NCBI GenBank assembly: GCA_947449515.1
Contig: CANFSD010000001.1
Span: 1 to 38,062 of the forward strand
DNA length: 38,062 nucleotides
Source of the DNA: Bacteroidota bacterium
GTDB taxonomy: Bacteria; Bacteroidota; Bacteroidia; UKL13-3
Reading direction: 5' to 3'
Shown here: positions 8,539-19,200 of the stretch, piece after piece
How positions within the stretch are numbered: the first letter of the stretch is position 1
How the letters are laid out: each line of letters begins with the position of its first letter
Made by a program: the position numbers and the translations under genes
Notes under the pieces: model-generated
Seen by the model: only the letters and a program-made list of their open reading frames with translations
What the model was told of the DNA's origin: nothing
Databases searched by the model: none

Positions 8539-9612
8539 ATGGCTGAACTAGAAATTTTCTCACAACTCGCTACATACGATCACGAACAAATTGTATTTTG
8601 TAACGACAACGCAACTGGACTTAAAGCAATTATTGCTATTCACAATACGGTATTAGGCCCAGGTTTGGGAGGTACACGTGTTTGGAATTACCAAAACGAG
8701 GCAGAGGCTATTAACGACGTAATGCGTTTATCTCGCGGTATGACATATAAGGCAGCTATCTCTGGGTTAAATTTAGGTGGCGCAAAGGCTGTAATTATTG
8801 GCGATGCTTCTAAAATTAAAACAGAAGCCTTGATGCGTAAATTTGGAAGATTTGTAGAAAACTTAAACGGTAAATATATTACTGCCGAGGATGTTAACAC
8901 TACTACCAAAGATATGGAATATGTGAACATGGAAACAGACCATGTGGTTGGTTTACCTGAAAGCATGGGTGGAGGAGGAGATCCTAGTCCAGTAACAGCT
9001 TATGGTGTATACATGGGTATGAAAGCAAGTGCAAAACACGTATTTGGTAACGATAGCCTTAGTGGTAAAAAAATTGCTGTTCAAGGAATTGGTAAAGTTG
9101 GTGGTCACTTATTAGACTATTTACATAAAGAAGGTGCTAAGCTTTATATCAGTGATATCAATGCAAATGTATTGAGCCATTATGCCTCAACTATGGGAGC
9201 AACTGTAGTAACTGGCGATGATATTTATAGTTTAGATATGGATGTATTTGCTCCTTGTGCAATGGGTGCCATTTTAAATACTGAAAACATTGCTAAATTG
9301 AAATGTTCAATTATTGCAGGTGCAGCAAATAACCAATTGGCAGATGAAACTGTTCATGGTCCTGCTTTAATGGAAAGAGGTATTACTTATGCCCCAGATT
9401 TCTTGATCAATGCAGGTGGTTTAATTAATGTTTACCAAGAACATATTGGTTACAATAAAGAAACAGCCATTAGAAAAGCGGAGCACATTTTTGATGTTAC
9501 TGCCGAAATTTTAAATATTTCTGCAACTGAAAAAATATACACGCAAAAAGCAGCCATGAATTTAGCTGAAAAACGCATCAATGATGTGTTGAAATTGCAG
9601 TCTACTTACTAA
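8539..9612 (+). CDS. Leucine/valine/phenylalanine dehydrogenase (Glu/Leu/Phe/Val dehydrogenase family)
   Basis: 357-aa ORF with GPGLGGTRVWNY, LNLGGAKAVI and a Rossmann motif VQGIGKVGG. The length and motifs fit the short Leu/Val dehydrogenases. Confidence 0.85.
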   Translation: MAELEIFSQLATYDHEQIVFCNDNATGLKAIIAIHNTVLGPGLGGTRVWNYQNEAEAINDVMRLSRGMTYKAAISGLNLGGAKAVIIGDASKIKTEALMRKFGRFVENLNGKYITAEDVNTTTKDMEYVNMETDHVVGLPESMGGGGDPSPVTAYGVYMGMKASAKHVFGNDSLSGKKIAVQGIGKVGGHLLDYLHKEGAKLYISDINANVLSHYASTMGATVVTGDDIYSLDMDVFAPCAMGAILNTENIAKLKCSIIAGAANNQLADETVHGPALMERGITYAPDFLINAGGLINVYQEHIGYNKETAIRKAEHIFDVTAEILNISATEKIYTQKAAMNLAEKRINDVLKLQSTY

Positions 9613-9706
9613 TTATTATTATTCCCATCGCGCAAGCGGTAAACGTTCTTTTCATAGTGCCTTTTTTATGTAATTCGTTTGCTGCTTGCATTGATATTTT
9701 TTAACT

Positions 9707-10648
9707 ATGTTGAACAGAAGATTTTTACGCGTTAAGGCATTTCAAGCTTTATATAGCTATTCCCGCGAGGAGGGAGCCAACGCTGCCGTTTGTCGCAAAC
9801 AGCTATTAAATGGTTTAGACAAAACCTATGAATTGTATCTGTTCTTATTGTCTTTTGGTGTTGAGTTTAAAGCTTTTTTGAACCAAGAATTAGAAACCGA
9901 AAAGGCAAAATACATTCCCTCTTCCGAACAAATTTCATTGATCCAACGCCTAATAAATAATCAGGCTGTTGCCGTAATTGAAAATAATTCAGCTTTTAAT
10001 AAAGGTCTCAAAGATTATAAAGTCTTATGGAATAACCACAGCGATTTATTTCGTCAGGTTTGGATCGAACTTAAAGGTCATGATTTGTTAAAAAGCTATT
10101 TGCTCAATGAAACACCCAGTTTGATTGATGACAAGAACTTCTTAGCTGGAATGCTTGAATGGCTTACTGCAGATTTTGAATTGTTTGAATCTTTTATTGA
10201 AGATCGTTTTGTTAATTGGGAAGACGACCAAGTTTTGGTGCTTACCACTTTGCAAAAAACTTTGCAAATGCTAAAACCAAATTCTGTTAACATACTGCCA
10301 GAAAAGCACAAAGATGAAGAGGAAGACCTCAAATTTGTGAAGCAGTTATTTGATGAATGCGTGCAAAATGACCAGGAATTAACCCTACTTATTTCTGCCA
10401 AAACACAAAATTGGGACCAAGATCGTATAGCTTTGGTAGATATGATTTTGATGAAAATGGCATTGTGTGAAGTTTTGTATTTTCCATACATACCCTTGAA
10501 AGTTAGCATCAATGAATACCTTGAATTGGCCAAGTTATACAGCACGCCAAATAGCCATGGATTTATCAATGGTGTTTTAGATAAGGTGCAAATTGAATTG
10601 AAAAAAGAAAATAAAATTAATAAATTGGGCAGGGGTTTAGTAAACTAA
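9707..10648 (+). CDS. nusB: Transcription antitermination factor NusB (long Bacteroidota form)
   Basis: 313-aa ORF. It has a NusB-like N-terminal helix (RRFLRVKAFQALYSY) and C-terminal core (DRIALVDMILMKMALCEVLYF...INEYLELAKLYSTPNSHGFINGVLDKV), separated by a long insert. Confidence 0.7.
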   Translation: MLNRRFLRVKAFQALYSYSREEGANAAVCRKQLLNGLDKTYELYLFLLSFGVEFKAFLNQELETEKAKYIPSSEQISLIQRLINNQAVAVIENNSAFNKGLKDYKVLWNNHSDLFRQVWIELKGHDLLKSYLLNETPSLIDDKNFLAGMLEWLTADFELFESFIEDRFVNWEDDQVLVLTTLQKTLQMLKPNSVNILPEKHKDEEEDLKFVKQLFDECVQNDQELTLLISAKTQNWDQDRIALVDMILMKMALCEVLYFPYIPLKVSINEYLELAKLYSTPNSHGFINGVLDKVQIELKKENKINKLGRGLVN

Positions 10649-10672
10649 TTGACATTTAATTTAATTAAGAAC

Positions 10673-11125
10673 ATGAATAAATTTATTATTTCAGCTAGCT
10701 TATTTCTTTTAGTAGCTTGTGGCCACGATCCTAAAAAAGCATCGGGCGATTTGGTAAATAATCCATTAAGTGCAAATGATACGGCCGCAAATTTGGCTGA
10801 AAATGCACCTAGTATGACTTTTGATGAAAACATCCATGATTTTGGTAAATTGGTAGATGGAGAAGTGGTTACCTATAAGTTCAAATTTAAAAATACAGGC
10901 AAATCAGATTTGATTATTAGCAATGCAAGTGCAAGTTGTGGTTGCACCGTTCCTAGCTATCCAAAAGAGCCATTAGCTCCAGGTAGCGAGGCGGCCATTG
11001 ATGTGCAGTTTAACAGCAGCGGTAAATCTGGTGTAGTAGAAAAAAATATAACCATTACGGCCAATACCATTCCTACCCAAGTATATTTAATTATAAGAGC
11101 AGACGTAAAACCTAAACAAGAATAG
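10673..11125 (+). CDS. DUF1573 domain lipoprotein
   Basis: I chose the ATG at 10673 (MNKFIISASLFLLVAC, lipobox) over the TTG at 10649. FDENIHDFGKL..GEVV...FKFKNTGKSDLII.NASASCGCTVP is the DUF1573 signature. Confidence 0.75.
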   Translation: MNKFIISASLFLLVACGHDPKKASGDLVNNPLSANDTAANLAENAPSMTFDENIHDFGKLVDGEVVTYKFKFKNTGKSDLIISNASASCGCTVPSYPKEPLAPGSEAAIDVQFNSSGKSGVVEKNITITANTIPTQVYLIIRADVKPKQE

Positions 11126-11167
11126 AATAGGTATTAAATTGAATTCAAAAAACAAAACAATAAACGA

Positions 11168-11509
11168 ATGATGAACCAAATTTTATTAATGGCGCCGCCA
11201 GCTGCCGGACAAACCGGTGGAAATCCAATTATGCAATTTTTACCATTGATCTTAATTTTTGTGGTATTTTATTTCTTCATGATTTATCCGCAAATCAAAA
11301 AGAATAAAGCGCAAAAGAAATTCCGTGAGAGCATTGGTAAAGGAGATAAAATTATTACCATTGGTGGTGTACACGCAAAAATTATTGATGCTACTGAGCA
11401 TACTTTCCTAATTGAAAGTGAAGGAACCAAATTGCGTATCGATCGCACTGCAGTTTCTATGGAAGCTTCTCAAGCCTTGAACCAACCGGCTAAAGAAGAA
11501 AAGAAATAA
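11168..11509 (+). CDS. yajC: Preprotein translocase subunit YajC
   Basis: 113-aa ORF with a single TM (FLPLILIFVVFYFFMIYPQ), followed by KKF..S.GKGDKIITIGGVHAKI. Confidence 0.85.
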   Translation: MMNQILLMAPPAAGQTGGNPIMQFLPLILIFVVFYFFMIYPQIKKNKAQKKFRESIGKGDKIITIGGVHAKIIDATEHTFLIESEGTKLRIDRTAVSMEASQALNQPAKEEKK

Positions 11510-11521
11510 TTTAATAATCAT

Positions 11522-11558
11522 TTGAACATTTGCTTTCTTTGAGAAAGCAAATGTTCAA
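11522..11558 (+). promoter_or_regulatory. Perfect 17-bp stem-loop between yajC and coaE
   Basis: TTGAACATTTGCTTTCT (11522-11538) pairs perfectly with AGAAAGCAAATGTTCAA (11542-11558) around a 3-nt loop. It sits 12 nt after the yajC stop and 2 nt before the coaE ATG. No U-tract follows, so it is not a canonical terminator. Confidence 0.5.
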
Positions 11559-11560
11559 TT

Positions 11561-12151
11561 ATGAAAAAAATAGGCATTACAGGAAATATTGGAAGTGGTA
11601 AATCTACCATATCCAACATATTTGCCCTCTTGGGAACCCCTGTTTATGATGCCGATAGCCGTGCTAAAGCGGTAATGGTAGAAGACCAGCAATTGGTTTC
11701 TGCCATAAAAAACACACTTGGTCCCGATGCCTATTTCTCAGATGGTAATTTAAATAGGGCCTATATTTCTTCTAAAGTTTTTCAAAACGATAGTTTATTA
11801 GCTGCCCTCAATGCAATTGTGCATCCTGCTGTTTTTGCAGATTTTGAAAGTTGGTGCGCTCATCAACATGCGCCTTATGTTTTGAAAGAAGCTGCACTCC
11901 TTATTGAAAGTGGCTCCTACAAACAATTAGATCAACTTATAATGGTTAGTGCCAATGAAGACATTCGTTTGGCACGTTGCTTGGCAAGAGACCATTCAAA
12001 AGAAGAGGAAGTAATTGCACGCATGCGCAACCAAATGGCGCAGGAGGAAAAGTTAAAGTTTGCAGATTTTATTATTCAAAACAACGACGATTTATTGATA
12101 CCGCAAGTGATGAAAATTCACCAACAGCTTATTCAATTATCTTCAGTTTAG
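11561..12151 (+). CDS. coaE: Dephospho-CoA kinase
   Basis: 196-aa ORF with MKKIGITGNIGSGKST (P-loop), YDADS and VHPAV, the typical CoaE layout. Confidence 0.9.
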   Translation: MKKIGITGNIGSGKSTISNIFALLGTPVYDADSRAKAVMVEDQQLVSAIKNTLGPDAYFSDGNLNRAYISSKVFQNDSLLAALNAIVHPAVFADFESWCAHQHAPYVLKEAALLIESGSYKQLDQLIMVSANEDIRLARCLARDHSKEEEVIARMRNQMAQEEKLKFADFIIQNNDDLLIPQVMKIHQQLIQLSSV

Positions 12152-14411
12152 CAAACTTTAGAACCAATACCTTTTTTCCAGAAGTATCAAAGTCGATATT
12201 GGCTTTGCGGTTGTCGCCGTTTCCTTCCATTCCAGTAACAATACCTTTTCCAAATCTTTGGTGTTCCACTTTGTTACCTGCAACCAAATTGCTGGTATCA
12301 TCTGGTTCAAAATTAGGGTCCAATGGAGGAGCAACAGCAGCTGTTCTAGGTTGTGGTCTATTAATGGTTAATGCTTTTTTAGGCAAGCCACTCATGGTGC
12401 CACTGCCTTTTGAACCACCATCACGACCTTCGCTGTATTGCCCTTTGGCACTAAACATGTTTTCAAAATGAAGGTATTGTGGGTCTAGTTCGGATAAAAA
12501 CCTGCTTGGTTCGGAATTAACAATACTTCCAAATTTAAACCTACTTGTTGCAAAACTAATGGTTAGTTTTTTCATGGCACGGGTAATTGCCACATAAAAC
12601 AAACGACGCTCTTCTTCTAATTCTTGTCTGCTATTTAAGGATAATTGGCTAGGGAAAAGATTTTCTTCTAAGCCAACTACATGTACATATTTATATTCCA
12701 AACCCTTTGCAGAGTGTATGGTCATTAAACTAACATGGTCCTGATCTTGGTCCTTGTCTTTATCGTCATTGGTTAACAAAGCAACGTCAGCCATAAAATC
12801 TGCCAATGTTCTTGATTTTAAAACGCCATCATCATCTGCGGCTTCCTCTATACTAAATTCTTTGATACCATTTAACAATGCCTCAGTATTTTCATAACGA
12901 GCAATGCCCTCAACGGTTTTATCTTCATATAAGGATTTTAATACACCACTTTCTTTGGCAATATGCATAGCCACATCATACGCGTTGCGGTCGAGCATAA
13001 TTTGAAAGCTCTTAATTTTGGTTACAAAGTCTTCAACGGCTGTCATGTTTTTAAAGCCAATTTGATTCACTTGTTCCATTACTTGCCAGAGACTTACTTT
13101 ATGCTGGTCGGCCACCAATGCCAATTTCTCTAAAGTAGTTTTACCAATACCTCGGGTAGGGTAATTGATTACTCTTTTTAACGCCTCTTCATCTCTTGGA
13201 TTTAAAACCAAGCGATAGTAACCTAATAAGTCTTTTACCTCTTTTCTTTGGTAAAACGAAAGGCCTCCATAAATTTTATAGGGGATGTTGAGCTTGCGCA
13301 AAGCCTCTTCCATCGACCTACTTTGGGCGTTGGTTCGGTACAAAATAGCAAAATCTTTGTTGTTGGCTTGGCTATTCATTTTGTCTTGAAAAATAGCAGA
13401 AGCCACCATTTTGCCTTCTTCGTTATCTGTTAAAGCCCTTAAAACGCGAATGCGCTCGCCTGCTTCATTATCTGTCCAAACCTTTTTCTTAATTTGGTCT
13501 TTGTTCTTTTCAATGATACTACTGGCAGCATTTACAATTACTTGTGTGCTTCTGTAATTTTGCTCAAGTTTAAAGGTTTTTACGTCTGGAAAATCTTTTT
13601 GAAAGCCTAATATGTTTCTAATATTTGCACCGCGAAATGCATAAATACTTTGGGCATCATCTCCAACCACGGCAATATTTTCATTTACCATGGAAAGTTT
13701 TTTGATAATCATGTATTGCGCATGATTGGTATCCTGAAACTCATCTACCATTATATACCGAAACATGTGTTGGTATTTGTTCAAGACATCAATATGGTTG
13801 GCAAAAAGTTTGTGTGTATTTACCAATAAATCGTCGAAATCCATAGCCCCAGCTCTAAAGCAACGGTCTTGGTATGCTTTAAATAGAAATCCAAATTTTG
13901 GACGACCGCTGCTGCTGTCATTTTCTGAAAACTCTGAATTGCCAAGGTATTCATCTGCAGAAATCAAAGCGTTTTTAGCCGAAGAAATGCGGCTCAACAT
14001 ATTGGATGGCTTGTACAATTTATCGTCGAGTTTCATTTCACCAAGAATGGTTTTTATTAAACTCTTGCTGTCATCACTGTCGTAAATAGTAAAATTTCTT
14101 GGATAGCCTATGCGTTCACTTTCACTTCTAAGAATTCTGGAGAAAATACTATGGAATGTTCCCATCCAAAGGTTTCTACTTTCTGAACCAACTGCTTCAT
14201 AAATACGGTGACGCATTTCTTTTGCAGCTTTATTGGTAAAAGTGAGTGATAAAATTTGAAACGGATCAACCCCATTTCTGAGCATATGCACAATACGGTA
14301 GGTAAGAACCCGGGTTTTACCTGAACCTGCACCAGCAATAATCATAACTGGCCCGTCTATTTGCTCAACAGCGGCTCTTTGCGAAGGGTTTAATGTCTCT
14401 AAATAATCCAC
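12129..14411 (-). CDS. ATP-dependent DNA helicase, UvrD/PcrA/Rep family
   Basis: 760-aa ORF with AGAGSGKT (motif I), VDEFQDTN (motif II), YRS (motif IV region), TIHSAKGLE and a C-terminal Tudor-like tail (KVEHQRFGKGIV). The start is GTG at 14411, and no ATG is available upstream of the Walker A motif. Confidence 0.9.
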   Translation of the reverse strand: MDYLETLNPSQRAAVEQIDGPVMIIAGAGSGKTRVLTYRIVHMLRNGVDPFQILSLTFTNKAAKEMRHRIYEAVGSESRNLWMGTFHSIFSRILRSESERIGYPRNFTIYDSDDSKSLIKTILGEMKLDDKLYKPSNMLSRISSAKNALISADEYLGNSEFSENDSSSGRPKFGFLFKAYQDRCFRAGAMDFDDLLVNTHKLFANHIDVLNKYQHMFRYIMVDEFQDTNHAQYMIIKKLSMVNENIAVVGDDAQSIYAFRGANIRNILGFQKDFPDVKTFKLEQNYRSTQVIVNAASSIIEKNKDQIKKKVWTDNEAGERIRVLRALTDNEEGKMVASAIFQDKMNSQANNKDFAILYRTNAQSRSMEEALRKLNIPYKIYGGLSFYQRKEVKDLLGYYRLVLNPRDEEALKRVINYPTRGIGKTTLEKLALVADQHKVSLWQVMEQVNQIGFKNMTAVEDFVTKIKSFQIMLDRNAYDVAMHIAKESGVLKSLYEDKTVEGIARYENTEALLNGIKEFSIEEAADDDGVLKSRTLADFMADVALLTNDDKDKDQDQDHVSLMTIHSAKGLEYKYVHVVGLEENLFPSQLSLNSRQELEEERRLFYVAITRAMKKLTISFATSRFKFGSIVNSEPSRFLSELDPQYLHFENMFSAKGQYSEGRDGGSKGSGTMSGLPKKALTINRPQPRTAAVAPPLDPNFEPDDTSNLVAGNKVEHQRFGKGIVTGMEGNGDNRKANIDFDTSGKKVLVLKFAKLKIIE

Positions 14412-14647
14412 CTTACGAATGTAAGTTGAAAAATGTAGAGCGCCGTTTTAAGATTTCAACAAATAGGTTTTTTTAATCACCTGTAGATGAAGGAAAAAGT
14501 TTCTTCTTGTTGATAGTTCAATATTTTTTTACCTACAATTTTACCTCCAATAAAAATTTTACAATGATTGCTGCAGTCCAAAATTTGGCTGAAAATCGTA
14601 TTCAGAAATTGCTTCAAAAAAAATATTGGTAAAACTTCCTAAACTGC

Positions 14648-14677
14648 TTGTAGGTTGAGGATAAAATAATAATTTTG
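14648..14677 (+). promoter_or_regulatory. Putative Bacteroidota-type promoter for the M20 dipeptidase gene
   Basis: TAATTTTG at 14670-14677 fits TAnnTTTG. A TTG at 14648-14650 lies 19 nt upstream, and the ATG is at 14699. This argues against the TTG at 14675 being the start codon. Confidence 0.4.
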
Positions 14678-14698
14678 GTTCAGATAAAATTACCCAAA

Positions 14699-16075
14699 AT
14701 GTTACAAACCTACTTGAACCAAAACAGAGAGAAATTCTTAAACGAACTTTTTGAATTATTGCGCATTCCTTCAATTAGTGCCGACAGTGCCTACCACAAT
14801 GATACCATTGCTGCGGCAACCTATATCAAAAATAAATTAACAGAAGCTGGTGCCGATAAAGTAGAACTTTGCCATACTGCTGGCAACCCAATTGTTTATG
14901 GTGAAAAAATAATTGATCCTAATTTGCCTACTGTTTTGGTTTATGGTCATTACGATGTGCAACCTGCCGTGCCATTGGATTTATGGGAAACACCTCCTTT
15001 TGAGCCAACCATTCGTAAAACAGAAATTCATCCCGATGGTGCCATTTTTGCGCGCGGTGCCTGTGACGACAAAGGTCAAGTATACATGCACATTAAGGCT
15101 TTTGAAATGATGATGGCCACCAATACCTTGCCTTGCAATGTAAAGTTTATGATAGAAGGGGAGGAAGAGGTTGGTTCAACCCATCTTGGTCCTTTTTGTA
15201 TAGCAAACAAAGACAGGTTAAAAGCAGATGTTGTTTTAATTTCTGATACTTCCATTATTGCAAATGATACCCCAAGTATAGATTGTGGCTTGCGTGGGTT
15301 AAGTTATGTAGAAGTAGAAGTTACGGGCCCGAACCGAGACTTACACAGCGGCGTATATGGCGGTGCTGTTGCCAATCCTATCAATGTTTTGGCAAAAATG
15401 ATTGCCAGCATGCACGATGAAAATAACCATATAACCATTCCTGGTTTTTATGATAAAGTACTTGAATTATCTGCTGCCGAGCGAACAGAATTAAATAAAG
15501 CTCCTTTTGATTTAGAAGCCTACAAAAAAGATTTAGGCATTGGAGATATTTGGGGTGAAGCCGGTTTCAATGTTTTAGAAAGAACAGGTATTCGTCCTAC
15601 CTTAGATTGCAATGGAATTTGGGGCGGATATATTGGTGAAGGTGCCAAAACCGTTTTGCCTTCAAAAGCATTCGCAAAAATTAGCATGCGTTTAGTGCCG
15701 AACCAAGACTCCCATACAATTTCAGATTTGTTTCAAAAACATTTTGAATCTATTGCCCCTGCAGGCGTTAAAGTTGTTGTAAAGCCGCATCACGGAGGAG
15801 AGCCTGTAGTTACACCAATTGATTCACATGCCTATTTGGCTGCTGAAAAAGCGATGGAAACTACCTATGGCAAAAAGCCAATACCAACACGTGGTGGTGG
15901 AAGTATTCCTATTGTTGCCTTATTTGAGAAGGAGCTTGGGCTTAAATCGGTTCTAATGGGATTTGGCCTCGATAGCGATGCACTGCACTCGCCAAATGAG
16001 CATTATGGCTTGTTTAACTATTATAAAGGAATTGAAACCATTCCTTATTTCTTTCAATATTTCGCAAAAAAATAA
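14699..16075 (+). CDS. M20-family dipeptidase / metallohydrolase
   Basis: I chose the ATG at 14699 (MLQTYLNQNREKFLNELFELLRIPSISAD). VYGHYDVQP, RGACDDKGQ, EGEEEVGS and HSPNE are M20 (PepV / Cys-Gly dipeptidase-like) metal-site motifs. Confidence 0.85.
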   Translation: MLQTYLNQNREKFLNELFELLRIPSISADSAYHNDTIAAATYIKNKLTEAGADKVELCHTAGNPIVYGEKIIDPNLPTVLVYGHYDVQPAVPLDLWETPPFEPTIRKTEIHPDGAIFARGACDDKGQVYMHIKAFEMMMATNTLPCNVKFMIEGEEEVGSTHLGPFCIANKDRLKADVVLISDTSIIANDTPSIDCGLRGLSYVEVEVTGPNRDLHSGVYGGAVANPINVLAKMIASMHDENNHITIPGFYDKVLELSAAERTELNKAPFDLEAYKKDLGIGDIWGEAGFNVLERTGIRPTLDCNGIWGGYIGEGAKTVLPSKAFAKISMRLVPNQDSHTISDLFQKHFESIAPAGVKVVVKPHHGGEPVVTPIDSHAYLAAEKAMETTYGKKPIPTRGGGSIPIVALFEKELGLKSVLMGFGLDSDALHSPNEHYGLFNYYKGIETIPYFFQYFAKK

Positions 16076-16207
16076 AACTAGATTTATACTTTTCGACCCA
16101 AATTTCGTTAAGAAAAGTGCTGCAATAAAATTACCAACTTGTTTCCTGCATAATTTGTAACTTGCAGGAAGCAGGTTTGGGAAACAATGGCCGCTGGATA
16201 AATAGGA

Positions 16208-19200
16208 ATGCGTAAAATAAAGTTTAAAGTTCAATTTGTACTTCTGCTAGGAACCTTGTTCTGCCTTGCTCCAGTGGCACAGGCACAGAAAAAATATGGA
16301 TTTGAATGGATAAGGACCTACCAGCCTTACCTTAAATTTAAAATAGCACAGGATGGATTGTACCACATAGATTCTATTGCACTCAGAGCCTGGGGAAATT
16401 TTGATCCGCGAAATGTGCAATGTTTTTTTAATGGCCAAGAACAACCCATTTATATCCAAGGTGAATCAGATGGCGTTTTTAATGCAAATGATTTTATTGA
16501 GCTTTTTGCCAAAAAGAATGATGGGAAATTAGATGCTGAATTATTTAGATCAGCAGGTGAACAAGCAAATACCTATAATAGTTTGTTCTCTGATACTGGT
16601 ATTTATTTTCTAAGTATTTTACCAGATACTTCTCTGCAAATGCCTTTGCGCATGCAAAATTTTACCGACAATGATTATGGGAATTACCTACCAGAAACCA
16701 TTCTGAGTTTGGAGAAAATAATTGCACCGCAAGAAGAATATTATTACGGGGCATTCTTACCTGCCCAAGAAAAATATTATCTCTCAGAATATGGTGATGC
16801 AGAAAGCATGATGAGCGCCTTGATTGGGCAGGGGCAATCAAGAACCTTTACCTTCAAAACTCCCAATGCGCTTTCAAGCCAAACAGCCCAAGTTGAAATT
16901 AAAATAATTGGCGCCTCCGATTTTTTTATTGAAAACCAGAATTCACCCAATCATCATACCAAAATTTATATTGTAAATAATAACCAAGTACCAATATTAT
17001 TGGTAGATACCACCTACAGGGGTTATGGCGAACGTAAATTTATTAGAAACATCAGCGGCGCACAAATAGGCGATTCTACCAGCTTTCTTATTGAGGAGCT
17101 TAATGATTTATCTGTTGGTAGTGATTTTATTGGTTTATCGTATATTAAATTTAATTACAAGGTAAGCAATGAAGCCATTGCTTTGAACGGCTTATTTGGC
17201 CTCAATGCATTGCAAACGGGTATAAAAACCTTGCTTCAACTTAATAACTATCCATACCAAACTCCTGTTTTCTGGGATTTGAAAAACAATAAAAGGAGTC
17301 TTGGGTCGAAACAAGGTAACAATGCCCGAGCCTTATTGCCTTCTGGTTCAAATTATAGAAATGTTTTTGTTCAAGACCTGCAAGAAATTAATGCTATTCC
17401 AACATTAATACCTGTAAGTTTTGTGGTACCTAATCCCCAATTAAATTATTCCTATTTAATTGTTTCAAATAAGAAATTGTCTAGTGTTGCCGAGGCTTAT
17501 AAAACATACCGAAACCAGCGTTATACAACCTATTTAGCCTACGCAGAAGATTTATCCGATTACTTTTTTTATGGAAATTTCCATCCATTAGCCGTAAAAC
17601 GCTTTTGTGAATACCTCTATCAAACACAAAGTAAAGAGCCAGATTATTTATTGCTTTTGGGCAGAGGTTACCAAAATAATTTGTTGAAGGCAAATGCAGA
17701 AAATGCAGCATTAAACCTAGTGCCTGCTATGGGTGTTCCATCTTCTGATCACTTGTTTACAAATGGTTTTGTTGGCGCAAATGGCGCGCCATCCATAGCA
17801 ACAGGAAGGATTCCGGCAAGCACACTGGCAGAAGCAAATAATTACCTGCAGAAAATTATTGCCTATGAAACCAATCCAGATTCCATTCAACAATGGCGCA
17901 AAGATTTTCTAAATGTTTCGGGCGGACAAGAAATTGGGCTGCAAACTACCTTTAGAAATAAATTGGCAGCGCTTGCAAGCATTGTTAAAAATAAACCAAT
18001 AGGCGCAAATGTATTTGCCTATGCAAAAAACAATTCAGTTCCTGTATCAGATGCAGTTCGCGAAAAATTAATTGCCCACCTCAATAGTGGCATTAATATG
18101 ATGACTTTTTATGGTCATGGTTCCTTAACCTTATTGGATATGGATTTTGGAGGAATTGCAGATTTGCAGGTGAACCATCGACCAACTTTTTACTATTTTA
18201 ATGGTTGTAATATTGGAAATGCAAATGATGTAGATCCCAATGGTACGGGATCTGTTTATGGCAAAGATTATATCTGCGCAGATGGCAAAGGTGCAATTGC
18301 TTGGTTGGCCCATACCAACTTAACTTTCACCAATAATTTAGAAGCTCAAATGGACCAAATGTTTGCACAATTTGGTCAGAATTCATACGGGCAAGCATTG
18401 GGTATGCAAATTAAGCATGCATTGGAATTAAGCTCCCAATCCAATGAAGCCTTTTCGCGTTCACATGCCTTACAAATATTATTACAAGGTGATCCGGCAT
18501 TGGTTTTATATGCACCAGGAAAACCTGATTATAAAATTGCTGACGCAGATTTATTCATTTCACCACCAAATGCCTCAGTGCAAAATGATTCATTGGCAAT
18601 AGGTGTAATTGTTCATAATTTGGCCAAAGCACAAATAGATTCAATAGCTATTCTTGTAGAGCGAAAATTGCCCAATAATGTCACGCAAACTTATACCCTT
18701 CCCAAGCAAATTGCCCCAAACTACCAAGATACATTTTATGTTTGGATTAAACCCTTGCAAAAAAATGAAATAGGTTTAAATAACTTTAAAGTCCAAATAA
18801 ACCCTTTGCAGCTTGCGAATGAAATAAGCTATTCAAATAATGAGGCCAATGTAAGTTATTATTTACCTGGAAGTGGTTTGCAAGCCCTATTACCTCAACC
18901 TTATGAAATAATTGCCCAAGATACAGTTCAACTCTTGGTTCAGAATAACAATAACCTTGCAAAGGCAGAGTCCTATATTTTTGAAATTGATACCTCACTT
19001 GCTTTTAATAGCGCAAGCCCTTTTTATAAAAACAGTGGAATTATAAAAGCAGATAATTTGGCAAAATGGAATGTGCCTGTTATGGGTTTAGATTCAATGG
19101 CCTTTTACTGGAGAGCGAAATTAGATTTGCCCGAAAACCAGGGTGGGGTATGGATAACCCAAAGTTTTACTTATATAAAAAATGGTCCAAATGGTTGGCA

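Noticed and set aside
10096-10569. There is a 157-aa ORF antisense to nusB. Similar long antisense ORFs lie at 11977-12471 (opposite the helicase), 31192-31592 (opposite plsC), 7001-7318, 13765-14085, 8688-8966 and elsewhere.
   Set aside because: Each lies entirely within a well-supported gene on the other strand. Their composition is low-complexity or Ser/Leu/Phe-rich, as expected for shadow frames in AT-rich DNA, and none shows a recognisable motif.
9707-10648. NusB is about twice the canonical length, with a roughly 150-aa insert between the N-terminal helix and the C-terminal core.
   Set aside because: As far as I recall, long NusB proteins of about 300 aa are the norm in Bacteroidota, so this is a lineage trait rather than a novelty of this window.
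14412-14698. This is the largest non-coding stretch (287 bp), between the helicase and the M20 dipeptidase. I looked in it for a riboswitch, sRNA or small ORF.
   Set aside because: I found only short AT-rich dyads (for example CTTAC-GAAT-GTAAG and GTTGAAA...TTTCAAC) and a plausible promoter. No riboswitch consensus was recognisable. The 71-aa ORF at 14559-14774 overlaps the dipeptidase start and looks spurious. A divergent promoter region adequately explains the stretch.
16187-16201. A four-codon upstream ORF (ATG GCC GCT GGA TAA) lies just before the C25 peptidase gene.
   Set aside because: It is too short and has no supporting features, and such mini-ORFs occur by chance in any leader.
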